From Stegostoma tigrinum (taxonomy: Eukaryota): DNA of 64,000 nucleotides. The notes below the pieces were generated by a model. The model searched no databases. It was not told the DNA's origin and worked only from the letters and a program-made list of their open reading frames with translations. The translations under genes were made by a program, and so were the position numbers. Below are positions 23,447-36,598 of this stretch, piece by piece. The stretch lies in assembly GCF_030684315.1 (NCBI RefSeq), contig NC_081387.1, forward strand, positions 16,771,409 to 16,835,408, in the 5' to 3' direction. Within the stretch, counting starts at the first letter, position 1. Each line of letters begins with the position of its first letter.

Positions 23447-25404
23447 AGACTGCATTCCCCTGTACACAGCGGGGGCGGGGTAACACTGTCATCCCCTGTA
23501 CACAGCGGGGGCGGGGTAACACTGCAATCCCCTGTACACAGCGGGGGCGGGGTAACACTGTCATCCCCTGTACACAGCGGGGGCGGGGTAACACTGCAAT
23601 CCCCTGTACACAGCGGGGGCGGGGTAACACTGTCATCCCCTGTACACAGCGGGGGCGGGGTAACACTGCATTCCCATGTACACAGCGGGGGCGGGGTAAC
23701 ACTGTCATCCCCTGTACACAGCGGGGGCGGGGTAACACTGCATTTCCATGTGCACAGCGGGGATGGGGACAGTCTGCCATCCGCAATACACAGTGGGGCT
23801 GGTACAGTCTGCCATCCCCTGTACACAGCAGAGGTGGGGACAGTCAGCCAACCCCTGTACACAGAGTGGGCGGGGACATTCTGCCATCCCCTGTACACAG
23901 CGGGGGCGGGGACAGTCTGCCAACCCCTATGCACCGTTGGGGTGGGGACTGTCTGCCATCCCCTGTACACAGCGGAGATTCGAACAGTCTGCCATCCCCT
24001 GTACACAGCAGGGGGGGGTAGAGTCTGCCATTCCTTGTACACAGGAGACGTGGGGACAGTCTGCCGTCCCCTGTACACAGCCGGGGTGTGAACAGTCGGC
24101 CATCCCCTGTAAACAGCAGGGGTGGGGACAGTCGGCCGTCACCTGTACACAGGAGACGTGGGGACAGTCTGCCATCCCCTGTACACGGCGGGTCTGGGGA
24201 CAGTCTGCCATCACCTGTACACAGCAGGGGCCGGTAGAGTCTGCCATTCCCTGTACACAGGAGACGTCGGGACAGTCTGCCATCCCCTGTACACGGCAGG
24301 TCTGGGGACAGTCTGCCATCACCTGTACACATAGTTGGTGGGGACAGTCTGCTGTTTCCTGTACACAGAGAGGTTGGGGACAGTCAGCCATCCCCTGTAC
24401 ACAATGGGGCTGGGACAGTCAGCCATCCCCTGTGCACAGCGGGGGTGGGGACAGTCTGCCGTCCCCTGTACACAGAGAGGGTGGGGACAGTCTGCTGTCC
24501 CCTGTACACCGCAGGGGTGGGGACAGTCTGCCGTCCCCTGTAGACAGCTGGGGCGGGTAGAGTCTGCCATTCCCTGTGCACAGGTGATGTCTGGACAGTC
24601 TGCCATCCCCTGTACATGGCGGGTCTGGGGACAGTCTGCCATCCCCTGTACACAGCCGGGGTGGGGACCATCTGTTGTCTCCTGTACACAGCGGATGTAG
24701 GGACCATCTGTTGTCCCCTGTACACAACAGGGCTGGGACAGTCAGCCATCCCCTGTGCACAGCGGGGGTGGTGAAAGTCAGCCATCCCCTGTACACAGCA
24801 GGGATGGGGACAGTCTGCCATCCCCTGTGCACAATTGGGCTGGGACAGTCAGCCATCCCCTGTGCACAGCGGGGATGGGGACAGTCTGCCATCCCCTGTA
24901 CACAATGGGGCAGGGACAGTCAGCCATCCCCTGTGCACAGCGGGGATAGGGACAGTCAGCCATCCCCTGTGCACCGCGGGGATGGGGACAGTCTGCCATC
25001 CCCTGTACACAATGGGGCAGGAACAGTCAGCCATCCCCTGTGCACCGCGGGGATGGGGACAGTCTGCCATCCCCTGTATACAGTGGGGCTGGGACACTCT
25101 GCCATCCCCTGTACAGAGTGGACATGGAGACAGTCTGCCATCCCCTGTACACAGGACAGTCAGCCATACCCTGTACATAGTGGGCGTGGGAACAGTCTGC
25201 CATCCCCTGTGCACAGCCAGGGCAGGGACGGTCTGCATCCCCTGTGCATAGGACAGGTAGGGACAGTCTGCCATCACCTGTACACAGCGGGGGTGGGGAC
25301 ACTCGTACGCGGGGGGATTTGGGGATAGTCTGTCATCACCTGTACACAGCAGGGAGGAAACAGTGTGGTCTGAACTATACAGTGAGGGAGGATACAATCT
25401 GACC
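23447..25404. repeat. 35-36 bp G-rich minisatellite (about 2 kb), unit approx. cccctgtacacagcgggggcggggacagtctgccat
   Basis: Directly visible tandem units; the first 8 (23451-23738) are near-perfect 36-mers, the rest diverged; explains the many repetitive ORFs. Confidence 0.97.
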
Positions 25405-26068
25405 CACATATCCCTGAAAGTTACCACCCAGGTTGATAGTGCTGTTAAGAAGGCTTACAGTGTGTTAGGTTTTATTGGCAGAGGGATTGAGTTCTGGAGC
25501 CGTGATGTCATGCTGCAACTGTACAAAATGCTAGTGCGGCCTCATTTGGAATATTGCATGCAGTTCTGGTCGCCCCATTACCGGAAGGTTGTGGAAGCAT
25601 TGGAAAAGGTGCAGAGGAGATTTACCAGTATGTTGCTGGTCTGGAGCACAGGCCCTATGAAGAAAGGCTGAGGGACTTGGATCTGTTTTCATTGGAGAGA
25701 AGGAGGCTAAGAGGGGATTTAATAGAGACATGCAAGATGACCAGAGAATGAGATAGGGTGGACAGTGAGAGTCTTTTTCCGAGGATGATGTCTTCAGCTT
25801 GTACAAGGCGGCACAGCTACAAATTGAGAGGTGATAGATTTAAGACAGATGTCAGAGGCAGATTCTTTACTCAGAGAGTGGTAAGGGCGTGGAATGCCCG
25901 CCCTACCAATGTAGTTAACTCAGCCACATTAGGGGCATTTAAACAGTCCTTGGATAAGCAGATGGATGATGATGTGATAGTGTGGGGGGAGGGGCTTAGA
26001 TTAGTTCACAGTCGGCGCAACATCGAGGGCCGAAGGGCTTGTTCTGCGCTGTATTGTTCTATGTTCTA
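25405..26068 (+). mobile_element. CR1-type LINE 3' fragment inserted at the distal end of the minisatellite
   Basis: [42 protein letters not shown]; (ttcta)n-like tail; residual minisatellite units at 26070-26130. Confidence 0.88.
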
Positions 26069-28637
26069 TATACACAACAAGAGGTGACAGTCTGATATCA
26101 CCTGTACACAGACTGAGGTGTCAGTCAGCCAATTAATATCTTGTGACCCAAGCCCAAGGAAACCCCGCTTGCTCTTTATCTCCAAATTCGGCAGTCTTTC
26201 ACGATTTCATAAGCACCTCACAATCCAAACTGGTCCTTGTTGGGGCAGTGGACCTAAATAAATCACTAGACACCCGCAGTTCACCTCCAGCATTAAAGAG
26301 TTTATTGCAATTACACTGGTCAGAAGAAACCTCTGGGGGTCAGAAGGTTTTTCGATGAGCAAGGGAAGCACAGGCATTTTGAAACATTTGTTTCCAGCCC
26401 ACCAATGGCAACTGCAGACCAATTGTATTAATAATTAATTACATACACACCCAACCAAATTAATCAGTGGTCAGTGATTGATATTCTACAAGATCATGAT
26501 ATTTACCAGATACCCTTACCTCTGTTCTTGGGGCTTTCACAATGCACGTTGTATGTAACCATTTTCCAATACTGCTGATTTCTCCAATTCAATCCTCCCT
26601 GCGCTTTACCATCTAACACTGTCTTGTCCATAAGATTTTTAGTGAACTCTCTTTAACACTTATTACATCTTTTTTAAAGTTACGTGTCAAAATCTATAAC
26701 TATGAAATCTATAACTATGATTACATGGAAACCTTAACTCAAGTAAATCTACTTGTGATGGGTATCTCAAACTTTAAGTTAGCTAGATATGGAAATTTTC
26801 TCTTAGCATACACAAGGTTGTCCTTATCCATCTGTCTCCCTATAACCAACTGCAGTTACATGTCCGTAACAAGACACTTTGTGTACACCTTAATCTTTGT
26901 TTCCTTGGATATATTCTTCCTACAGAGCTGCTGTTATTCTAACCTATGATTTACTTCTGTATAAACTATACCAAACAAGCTATTCTGGGTCCACTGGAAA
27001 TTACTTTCAGCCATTTGTGCTGCTTTCAGCAATGGGCAGCCCCAATCGTGCTGACTACATTTGTAGGGCTCAAAAGATAATTTTGCTGAAAGATATTGAA
27101 TAGACAGGGGCTAAATTAGAAGCAGATCTCCTGAGGTAATGACTTCAGGATTACTACCCGAACCACAAGAAAACTGGCATTGAGTAAATAAATTCAAGGA
27201 GTTAAATGCATGCATCAAAGATTGGCTTGAGGGACTCCCCCCCCCCCCACCCCTGCCACCCCCCACTCCCCTCAGACAGAAGCGAATCTGTGGAATTCTT
27301 TACCACAGAGGGCTGCAGAGGCCTGGTCATTAAAGGCTGAGATGGACTTTTATCAAGAGTTATGTGGAAAGGCAGGCAAGTAGAGTTGAAGATTATCAGA
27401 TCAGCTGTGAATGATTTCGTAGAACGGCAGAACTACTTAATCAATTGAAAAGCTTACTTTTGGTCCTACTATCTATGGTTGTACCATTTAGAAAATATGC
27501 TTTTCTCTTCTTTCTGCCTAAATGGGCAACTGTGCATTTTCCCACATTATGTTCTGTTTGCCATATCCTTCCTCATTCACTTAAGCTGTCAATATCTGTT
27601 TCTAACCTCTTGGTCTCCTCTTCACAATTTATTTTTTCCTGACTATCTTTGGGAAAAATTGCCAACCTTCCATCCCTCACCTGTGTTATATGTGTACATT
27701 ATAAATCCCTTTGGAACTCAACTTTATATATCTCATCAACCTGAAAAAGACCAAAGTCCATTCTTTGCTTTCTGTCACTCAGCCAATATTCTATGCAAGC
27801 TAAAATGCCGCCATCTTAAGGCTGGCCTTTTATTTTCCACAATTCTAAAATTTCATATGGGCTTCCTTCATACAAGGAATTATCTGCCGCGACCCATACA
27901 ATCGCATAACTCTGCGTCTTCTTCCGCATCAACTGAATATTTCAGCATTCCCTGCTACATTACTCCCTTTAGCAATGCATTCTATGAATCAACAAATCTC
28001 TTTATCAGAATTTGCCCCTAATATCTCTCCATATCCTGACAGTGCTCTAAGCCAATAACCCGCCATATCTGCGAGTGCGAAGTTTTCTCCATTGACCCTG
28101 GAGGCAGCTCGTGAAGAAATTTGTGTTATGACCTCCAGCTGAAGATTATGGATGTTGCATTTTCTTAAAAGCTAATTGTTAGCTCCAAACACACAGACAA
28201 ACCGATACATTTGTCTTCGAGTTCCAAGAACCCCAGACTTGTAGCAAATGAATATTGAAATCCGTATGTACATACTCATAGTTTCATCTCAACATAATTA
28301 CTAAATTCTCAGGCAGCAATTTGAACATTGCTACCACAGTCTTACAGCCTTTCACACTTGTTCAAAAACAAAAACTTTCATGTCTCGCAAAAGCTTTAGT
28401 CTGGACTTCTCCCATCTAGCCATACTGTGCTACAATTCTCTTGAAGGTTTTAAAATGTTCTGTGAAATAAGCATAGCTATGAAATACAGGCAGAAAAAAA
28501 TGGATTTTATATTTACGACTGGAGAATTCATTATAATTCCCTTGCAGCCATTATGGTGGTTTTGTACTTAAACTACATGTTAGTACAATAATTACACAGA
28601 GTGGAAAAACATAAACAGTATAATCATTAAGTTAAAA

Positions 28638-28772
28638 TCAGGTCCTCCGTATCTGAATCCGAGCATGTTCAGTAATCTCATCGGTACCGTACATTATCTT
28701 TCCTGTAGCTTCCGTCGACTCATACAACTTCATCTCACTGAATGTCACGACAGAGTTGCTAGATAATGAATT
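28638..28772 (-). CDS. Gene B last coding exon: cytoplasmic tail NSLSSNSVVTFSEMKLYESTEATGKIMYGTDEITEHARIQIRRT*
   Basis: Strong acceptor tttgtttctgttctttggtttcag|; phase 0 matches exon 4 and gives the only long open frame; TGA at 28640-28638. Confidence 0.68.
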   Translation of the reverse strand, partial: NSLSSNSVVTFSEMKLYESTEATGKIMYGTDEITEHARIQIRRT

Positions 28773-30089
28773 CTGAAACCAAAGAACAGAAACAAAGTCA
28801 GAGATTTATGAGGAGTTGCTTAGATAAATCATATAAATAGATTGAATCATCCTAAGTGGAAGAGGAGACGAACTATTAACAGAGAAACATCTCCGACATT
28901 AATCTTGTAACTTTCAATTGTCTTTGAAAAGAGCTAATGTATTATGTAATTACCTTTTCCCTGACAATATATTAGCTGAACTTAATTCTGAACAATCAGG
29001 AGTAACCTCAGGATTTTGTTCCCATCTCTCCCTTGTACGAATTTGATACATCTGACTTTATGATTCGCGTTTTAGAAACGTCGTCTGCACATTCACAATT
29101 AGCCTGTTTTTCACATAGTCTTTTTAAAATTTTATTTTTTAAAATGATTTTGCTTGAAGGGCTTTTTTGTTTAGGACGTACATTAGGATGTTCTTTTGTA
29201 TAAGTAGTCCTGGTAAACTGCTCATGCCTGAAGTCATGATGAAGTGTACAGAGGTGTGCTGAAATATTGAATGTAAGTGTGGATGAGTAACTTAAACGTT
29301 TTAATTTCAATAGCGAGCAGAGTCAGATATGATTAAGGTGTAAAAGGTATGCTAATTCAATGTTGTCTTTTTAACATCTTTGACCAAAGGTACAATTTGT
29401 CTCATACACCCAGGTGAGGAAGGGTCACCGGACACAAAACGTTAACTCATTTTTTCATCACACATACTGCCAGACCTGCCGAGCTTCTCTGGCAACTTCT
29501 GTTTTTATAATTAACTTTTTGTTCGCTCTATTTCAACAATTGAAATAGTAGCATTTCAGTAAACTGTAAGCATTGCAGATCACAATGAAGTGGAAAGAGT
29601 TCTTCATGATCCATGCTCTACCTCCCCAGTAAACATGTCAGATAATACAGAAACGTTATGAAAGGGGGCAGGTTAAGGTTGACTCTTGCCATTTTATTGT
29701 GTGAAATAATCATAGTCTGATAACTTTAATGTGCCTCTTAGCCCTGGCAGTTCTTCTCTATCATGAATGGAGACCTGAGGGAGTAGACAGAGTGCTACAA
29801 CCAGGAAGTTCCAGCATATCTTTACTGTTGAGTGTAGTCGACAAGCAAAGGGATGGGTAAAACCATCCATCAAATTAGTTCTGTGGAAACTTGTGAGATT
29901 CAAATTCATCTTATTTTGTGGAGCAAAGTGGGTGTTGCCAAACCATCTGTCAGTTCTCTGCCCTGCTCATTATTCAGCTCTGCTGAAGCAGAGAGTGCAG
30001 AATATAGGATGGGTTGTGCAACAGGTAGTCGACTCAGTAACTTCCACTTTGGCCCATACTGATTAGTTTTGATTAACTTGGTCATTGAG

Positions 30090-30408
30090 AGGCACGGTGG
30101 ATCAGTGGTTAGCCCTGCTGCCTGACAAGAGCACGGACTCAGGTTTCATTCCAGCCTTAGGTGACTGTCTGTAGGGAGTTTTCATTTTCTCCTAGTAACT
30201 GTTGAGTGCTTTGGTTTTCTGTCACAGTCCAAAAAGATACAGATTGGGTAGACTGGCCATGCTAAATTGTCTGTCGTATCTAGAGGTATTGAATTGGTGG
30301 ATTAGCCATGGTAAATGTGGGCTACCTGGACAGGCTGGGACGAGGTTTGGGCAGGATGCTTTTTATAGGGTCAGTGCAGGCTCTTTCTATGCTGTAGGGA
30401 TTCTATGA
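30090..30408 (+). mobile_element. HE1-type SINE (diverged)
   Basis: ggcacggtggatcagtggttagc head, gggattctatg tail. Confidence 0.8.
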
Positions 30409-31200
30409 TTTTACTTCAACGCATTTTTAATCCAAATTATAATTAGATGAGGTTTCCATAATTACTCAGTAAATTAATCTCTCTATTCCTGGATAGAAGT
30501 AATACAGTGGTCTCTCTCAAGAGTCTTGAAGTAATTTTGAATCAAAGAATATCTGGAAAATTACAGGCAGTCTCTGTTATCACCTCGCTGATTTCTTTCA
30601 AAAATCTATGTTACATGACTTCAGACCTGGTGAATTGTGTTTTCAATTCCATTGGTTTTTTTCCAAAATCAAACCCTTTTCTGTACCCAGCTCCATCAAT
30701 TTCTCCACATCATCCCCTACAATATTTTTATTTATATTCCTACCATCATTCTCACCATTCCTTCTGTTAACCTCGCCACCAGATTGGTTTACATTTAAAC
30801 AAGACCTGAAGAGGTAGGGGTTTTATGGCCAGACTTTCACCTATTGTTGTAATTTTTCTAAATCTTGAATCAGCATCTTTTTCTGACTTTCAGTATTCAC
30901 TGACTTTCATCGATGGCCGAAGGGCCTGTTCTGCGCTATATTATTCTATGTTCTATGACTTAACATTTATAGTAAGAGCGTGAGATTCTAAATGCAATTA
31001 TTGTCAAGCATGGGACGTAGATATTGATTAGGATATCAATTTGTGTGTTATCCTTGATATGAAACTTCGGACCTTTGATATATATTATATTTATATATAT
31101 GCTTATACATCTTATTTATATTTATAAGCTTATGCTTTTTTAGTGGCATCTTTCTATCTGTAAATAGTAATGGACAAACCACAAACAATCTATTCCAGAT

Positions 31201-31325
31201 TTCTGAAGAAGGTCCAGACGCAAAATGTCAGCTTTCCAGCTCCTCTGATGCTGCTTGGCCTGCTGTGCTCATCCAGCTCTTCACCTTGTTATCTCAGATT
31301 CTCCAGCATCAGCAGTTCCTACTAT
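31201..31325 (+). mobile_element. Penelope-derived 3'-end fragment
   Basis: Same family as 18640-18760; flanked by tattccagatt / tataccagatt. Confidence 0.7.
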
Positions 31326-31541
31326 ACCAGATTAGGTGTCTTTCTATTGTGCACCTTTGCTGATGGTTGAACAGGCCAATCCTTAAGAGGCAGGGTCTGC
31401 CACAAATGCCACACATGAAGCCACCAATTGTAATTTTGGGTTGCTTTCAGCAATAGCTTGTATTACTAAGCCAGGAAGTGCATACTGGCCCAAAAGACAC
31501 ATTCCTCATTTTTCTCTGTAATGACATATCAATGTTTTGGG

Positions 31542-32127
31542 CTCTCATGTCGAGATTGCAAGCAATGTGTAAGCAAAGCTGTCCCCTATCACGCAGCTGC
31601 TGGTCTGTGTTCCTGCTTTCTCTCGTATCTCCACCAGCAATGACAACATAGACTTGTGCCTCATCACACACTTTGTCTTTAATGGCCCAGTATACAAACA
31701 GATCAATGGCTCACCCATGGGGTCACCCATCTCAGGACTCATTGCAGAGACAGTCATGCAAAGTCTAGAACATACTAACCTCTCCCCCATTTCAATCTAA
31801 ATTGTGGATCCCGTACCTTAACAACACATTTGCCATTACTAAACACAACAAACCAGAAGAGATGCACCACCTCATCAACAATGTATTCACCAGGTAAGAG
31901 AGAAAGAAAGCACAATCACCTTCCATTTCTGGATGTCAGAGTTGAACATATAACCAACGGGGAGTTCCAAACCTCAGTATACAGGAAAGCAACTCACACT
32001 GACCAAATTCTCAACTTCCACAGCAACCACCCCAAGGGCAACAAACAAAGTTGCATGAGGGCCCTATTTAAATGGGCCACCACTCACTGCAACATGCCAG
32101 AACTACGCAGGAAAGAGGAAGAGCACC
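31542..32127 (+). mobile_element. Duplicated, deletion-truncated copy of the Penelope-like fragment
   Basis: Near-identical to 34710-35295 (offset 3168). Confidence 0.85.
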
Positions 32128-34709
32128 AGTTGTCTGAGGCTGGAATTGAACCTGGGTCCCTGGTGCTATGAGGCTGCAGTGCTAACCACTGAGTCACTGT
32201 GCCGCCCCAAATAGGCATGATAGAACATTCTGGTTTTCTGACCAGTGGAAACACAGGTGTCAGTTGCATTGGCCTACATAAACCTCACCACCCTAACTTG
32301 TTCGCTCTTCCTGTCCAGAGAACAAGGCAGTTAATTCTTCAGTGTTTATTTAATGTACATCTCAGCTGCCATTGAGATAAGGTGGTTCCAGTTTTTAACC
32401 TTTATTTCCAGGTTTACCATGACCTCAAGTTGACTGGACCTTCTCCCAAACTGAAAATTGTAATGAACGAGTGAGAAGGATTTTAAGATGAGACCATTAT
32501 TGCCAATTTTGTTGCAGGGTGGAGGTCAGTTTGAACAGGATGTTTTTTGTTTTAAATGCTCACACTCTGTAATGAAGCACAATCGGTCAGTTAAGAGGTC
32601 ACTTGTGTTTCCTCTCAGTTATTTTCAAGTTTTGATGTTAGGTGATACCTTCACATTGCACAGCATTGCCGGGGTTTTGAGTAAATATTGATTGGAAATA
32701 AAAATTAAGACTTGGCACAACCTACGCTCAATACTAACTGGGACATATTACTGGAACATTTATTGTGGTTACTTAAGCACTAAAGAATTAAACACCTTAT
32801 GCTCTGGAAGGAAGGGCTAAGAATATATTTGCCCACAAACATTAACTTGAAACTTAAAGTTCCATTTAGCTGCAAGCTGTTTTTCTGTGTCAAACAAAGA
32901 GTCAGAAGGATTTCACAAGCAAGTATTACAAGGCACCTTACCATTGTGTAAAAAAAAAATGAGCATATGCCACTTGGAAATTTCTCACCTTTCAGCTATT
33001 ATAATCTTGATTCTTTAGCCACATTACATAAAATTGAAGGTTCATTCTTTGATGGGCCTTTTTTCTCAATAGTGACCTTTTGAGAAAGCTGAACTGGACA
33101 AGTGTCATGATTTCTATTGTCCCACCTGTGAAAAGTAATGGCTTGAGATATAGGGAGGATTGGTGAAGGGTTTTGGTCTTACTGATGTTGAGTAAGAGAC
33201 CATGCTTTTGTATAGAGAGCTAAAGAAGTTGAGGGCAGTCAGAGCCATTGACAGTATTTTATGCCGATAACAAGTTATGAATGTGCTGAATGGTCATGTT
33301 ACTCTTAGTTCTCAGCCTTTTGAGATTGAAGATTTTCTGTTGAATCAAAACTCAGTCACGACCTGTTGGAGAAGTTGGTTCTGAGGAACATCCATGACCA
33401 CTGTTAGTCCTTTGCTAACTTTTTATTATTTTTGTTTTTACGCTTTATCAATTTTGAATTTTGTGTGCCAGAAATGACCTATGGATTTTGGCACAACTTG
33501 TGTTTAAAGGAAAATAACATGCCAATCAAGCTTTGTTTGTTTATGAGGCCAGGCCAGGAGGTAGGATGTGCCTTCATTAAAAATGTTCTAACAGATACAG
33601 GAAAAATGGGAGGTGCATCATTTTCAAACAGCTAGCAGAGGATGGCTATTGATAAGGTCAGTATTTGGGAATTGGTTCCAGCAAGTCTGGAAAGGACCCT
33701 ATGTTCAAACAACAAATGACAATTGACAATTTTGTTATTTTCTTTCATTTGCCCCTTAACTTTATTTTTAACAATCCTTTGTGTAGCTGGAGGCTGAAAA
33801 CAAATGCTTCTGGCTTAAAGCACAGATATTAATCAGATTGTTGTTCTGTCTAGTTTTCTCTCTGCTGAAGTTATTGTGTATTTAATGAATAGTTAAGTCT
33901 GGAAATTAATTATTCATGAAATCTAGGTTTGATTATTCAAAGTCTGATTAGGACCATTGGAGTGACTATTTGGGCACCTTTGACAGTTTAGTTTTACTGT
34001 ATTGTGAAGACGGAGGCTGTAAAGCTGATTTGGTTCTACTGTCTGCCTCTGTGTCATAACATCAGATTTAGGTAAATAGTGAAGAGGTGATGCAATGACA
34101 CAGACTTGCTTTATTCCAATTACAAAAAGGTTTAGATGCCAGTCCTTCGTAATGGATGGTTACTGCCGTACTGTCATGCAGAAATCAAAGGATAATAATA
34201 TATTTTGTTCAACATCCAGATCACTGGTCAACTTTCTAAAGGGCTTCGCAGCTGAAAAAGTAAAACTGGAGTCAATGGAAAACAGACAAAATAATTCCAA
34301 CAGATAAAGCTATTTCTAGCACATGTTTGCAGTTGTTGGTCAATCATCTCAGGTCATCACTGCTACTCATGGAGTTCCTCAGATGTAGTGCCCTCAGTCC
34401 AACTATCTTTAGCTGCCTCATCAATGACCTGGCCTCCATTATGGATAGAGATGTTTGCTCATGATTTCACAATTTTCAGCCATGTTCGCAAATCTTCAGA
34501 TACTGAAGCAGTCCATTTCCAAATGCAGCAAGACCTGGACAATACCCAGATTTCAGCTGACAATTGACAAATAACAAGCATGCCACAAAAATGCTAGACA
34601 AAGACCATCTCCAACAAGACAGAATCTAACTTTTGCCCATTGATATTCAATGGCATTACTATCACTGTATTCCCAACTGTTAGCATTCTGCCGGTTACAA
34701 CTAACTTGG

Positions 34710-35990
34710 CTCTCATGTCGAGATTGCAAGCAATGTGTTAGCAAAGCTGTCCCCTATCATACAGCTGCTGGTCTGTGTTCCTGCTTTCTCTTGTAGCTCC
34801 ACCAGCAATGACAACATAGACTTGTGCCTCATCACACACTTTGTCTTTAATGGCCCAGTATACAAACAGATCAATGGCTCACCCATGGGGTCACCCATCT
34901 CAGGACTCATTGCAGAGACAGTCATGCAAAGTCTAGAACACACTAACCTCTCCCCCATTTCAATCTAAATTGTGGATCCCGTACCTGGACAACACATTTG
35001 CCATTACTAAACACAACAAACCAGAAGAGATGCACCACCTCATCAACAATGTATTCACCAGGTAAGAAAGAAAGAAAGCACAATCGCCTTCCATTTCTGG
35101 ATGTCAGAGTTGAACATATAACCAACGGGGAGTTCCAAACCTCAGTATACAGGAAAGCAACTCTCACTGACCAAATTCTCAACTTCCACAGCAACCACCC
35201 CAAGGGCAACAAACAAAGTTGCATTAGGGCCCTATTTAAACGGGCCACCACTCACTGCAGCATGACAGAACTTCGCAGGAAAGAGGAAGAGCACCTATAC
35301 AAAATCTATGCTATGAACGGATCTCCCCACAACTTCATCTGCAGATGCCTACCAAGCACACAACAAGAGGACACAGTATGCTCTAACACATTGTGCCACA
35401 CTGCCCTATGTCAAGAACATATCAGAACTGACAACGAGACTCCTACGGCCACTAGGAATCATGGTGGCACACAAGCCCACAGCTACTCTACGACAAACAC
35501 TCACAAGGATTAAAGACCCCATTCCCACAAAATGCAGAATCAATGTAGTTTACAAACTACCATGCAACGACTGCCACAAACATGACATCAGAAGGAAACT
35601 AGCCATCCAAATACATGAACATCAGCAGGCAGCAAAACGACATGACAGACTTTCATTCGGACAATGAGAGCCATCAGTTTAACTGGGACAACGTAATCAT
35701 AGTAGCCTAAGCCAAACATAGAAATGCACGGAAATTCCGAGAGGCATGGTTCACAACCCATAATACCATCGACAAACATATAGATTTGGGCCCCATATAC
35801 AAACGCATACAGAACAAAACAGGAAATTACACTACTCACCATAACAGTATAAATTCCAAGTGGAGTAGAACAACATCTGATTATGTTACCTAGCCTGGTG
35901 ATGAAACTCCTGAATGAGAACAAGCCAGCTTGGCAAGCAAGTCAACAACCTTACCGAAAACCCGAGCTAAAGATCTTTGCTGAAAGATCT
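34710..35990 (+). mobile_element. 5'-truncated Penelope-like element (Poseidon/Penelope-type RT + GIY-YIG relic)
   Basis: YKQINGSPMGSPISG, LPFLDV, VYRKAT..LNFHSNHP, NVVYKLPCNDC; degenerate hammerhead-like motif at 35877-35910. Confidence 0.85.
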
Positions 35991-36284
35991 TTGCTTAAAT
36001 CAAAATCCTGTGTATGGCCACAATTCCTATTGTTGTGTGTACAACTTCAACATTTAACTTGAAGTTGACTATGTAAGCATTCAGATTGGAAATGACACAT
36101 GTGAACTATTAAGTAGATGTGTACTGTGAAGAACGTAGACCTGGATAGTTCTGTCTGTCCCCATACTAGTTACCTTGCATTCAGCAACTGACTAGAGGTG
36201 ACATTACAGGGAACTTAAGTTATCTCAGGGGACTGAAAATAGTATTAATTGTGTTACTAAAAGTTCTGTGTACCATTAACATGT

Positions 36285-36598
36285 GATTAGATTCCCTACA
36301 GTGTGGAAACAGGCCCTTCAGCCCAACAAGTCCACACCACCCCTTGGAGCATCCCACCCAGACCTATCCCCCCATAACCCACACACCCCTGAACACTACA
36401 AGCAATTTAGCATGGCTAATCCACCTAGCCTGCACATCTTTGGACTGTGGGAGGAAACCGGAGCACCCGGAGGAAACCCACGCAGACACAGGGAGAATGT
36501 GCAAACTCCACACAGACAGTTGTCTGAGGCTGGAATTGAACCTGGGTCCCTGGTGCTATGAGGCTGCAGTGCTAACCACTGAGTCACTGTGCCGCCCC
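36285..36598 (-). mobile_element. HE1-type SINE
   Basis: Full-length reverse copy; only its head end is retained in duplicate unit A (32127-32208). Confidence 0.85.

Noticed and set aside
23447-25404. CRISPR-like periodicity
   Set aside because: Contiguous tandem units without unique spacers, in a vertebrate context
23337-25427. Many long overlapping ORFs with Cys/Pro/Gly repeats
   Set aside because: They arise from translating the 35-36 bp minisatellite in all frames; no evidence of a real protein
28953-29105. Possible extra cytoplasmic exon of gene B
   Set aside because: Weak acceptor; frames either stop or end in a phase incompatible with the last exon
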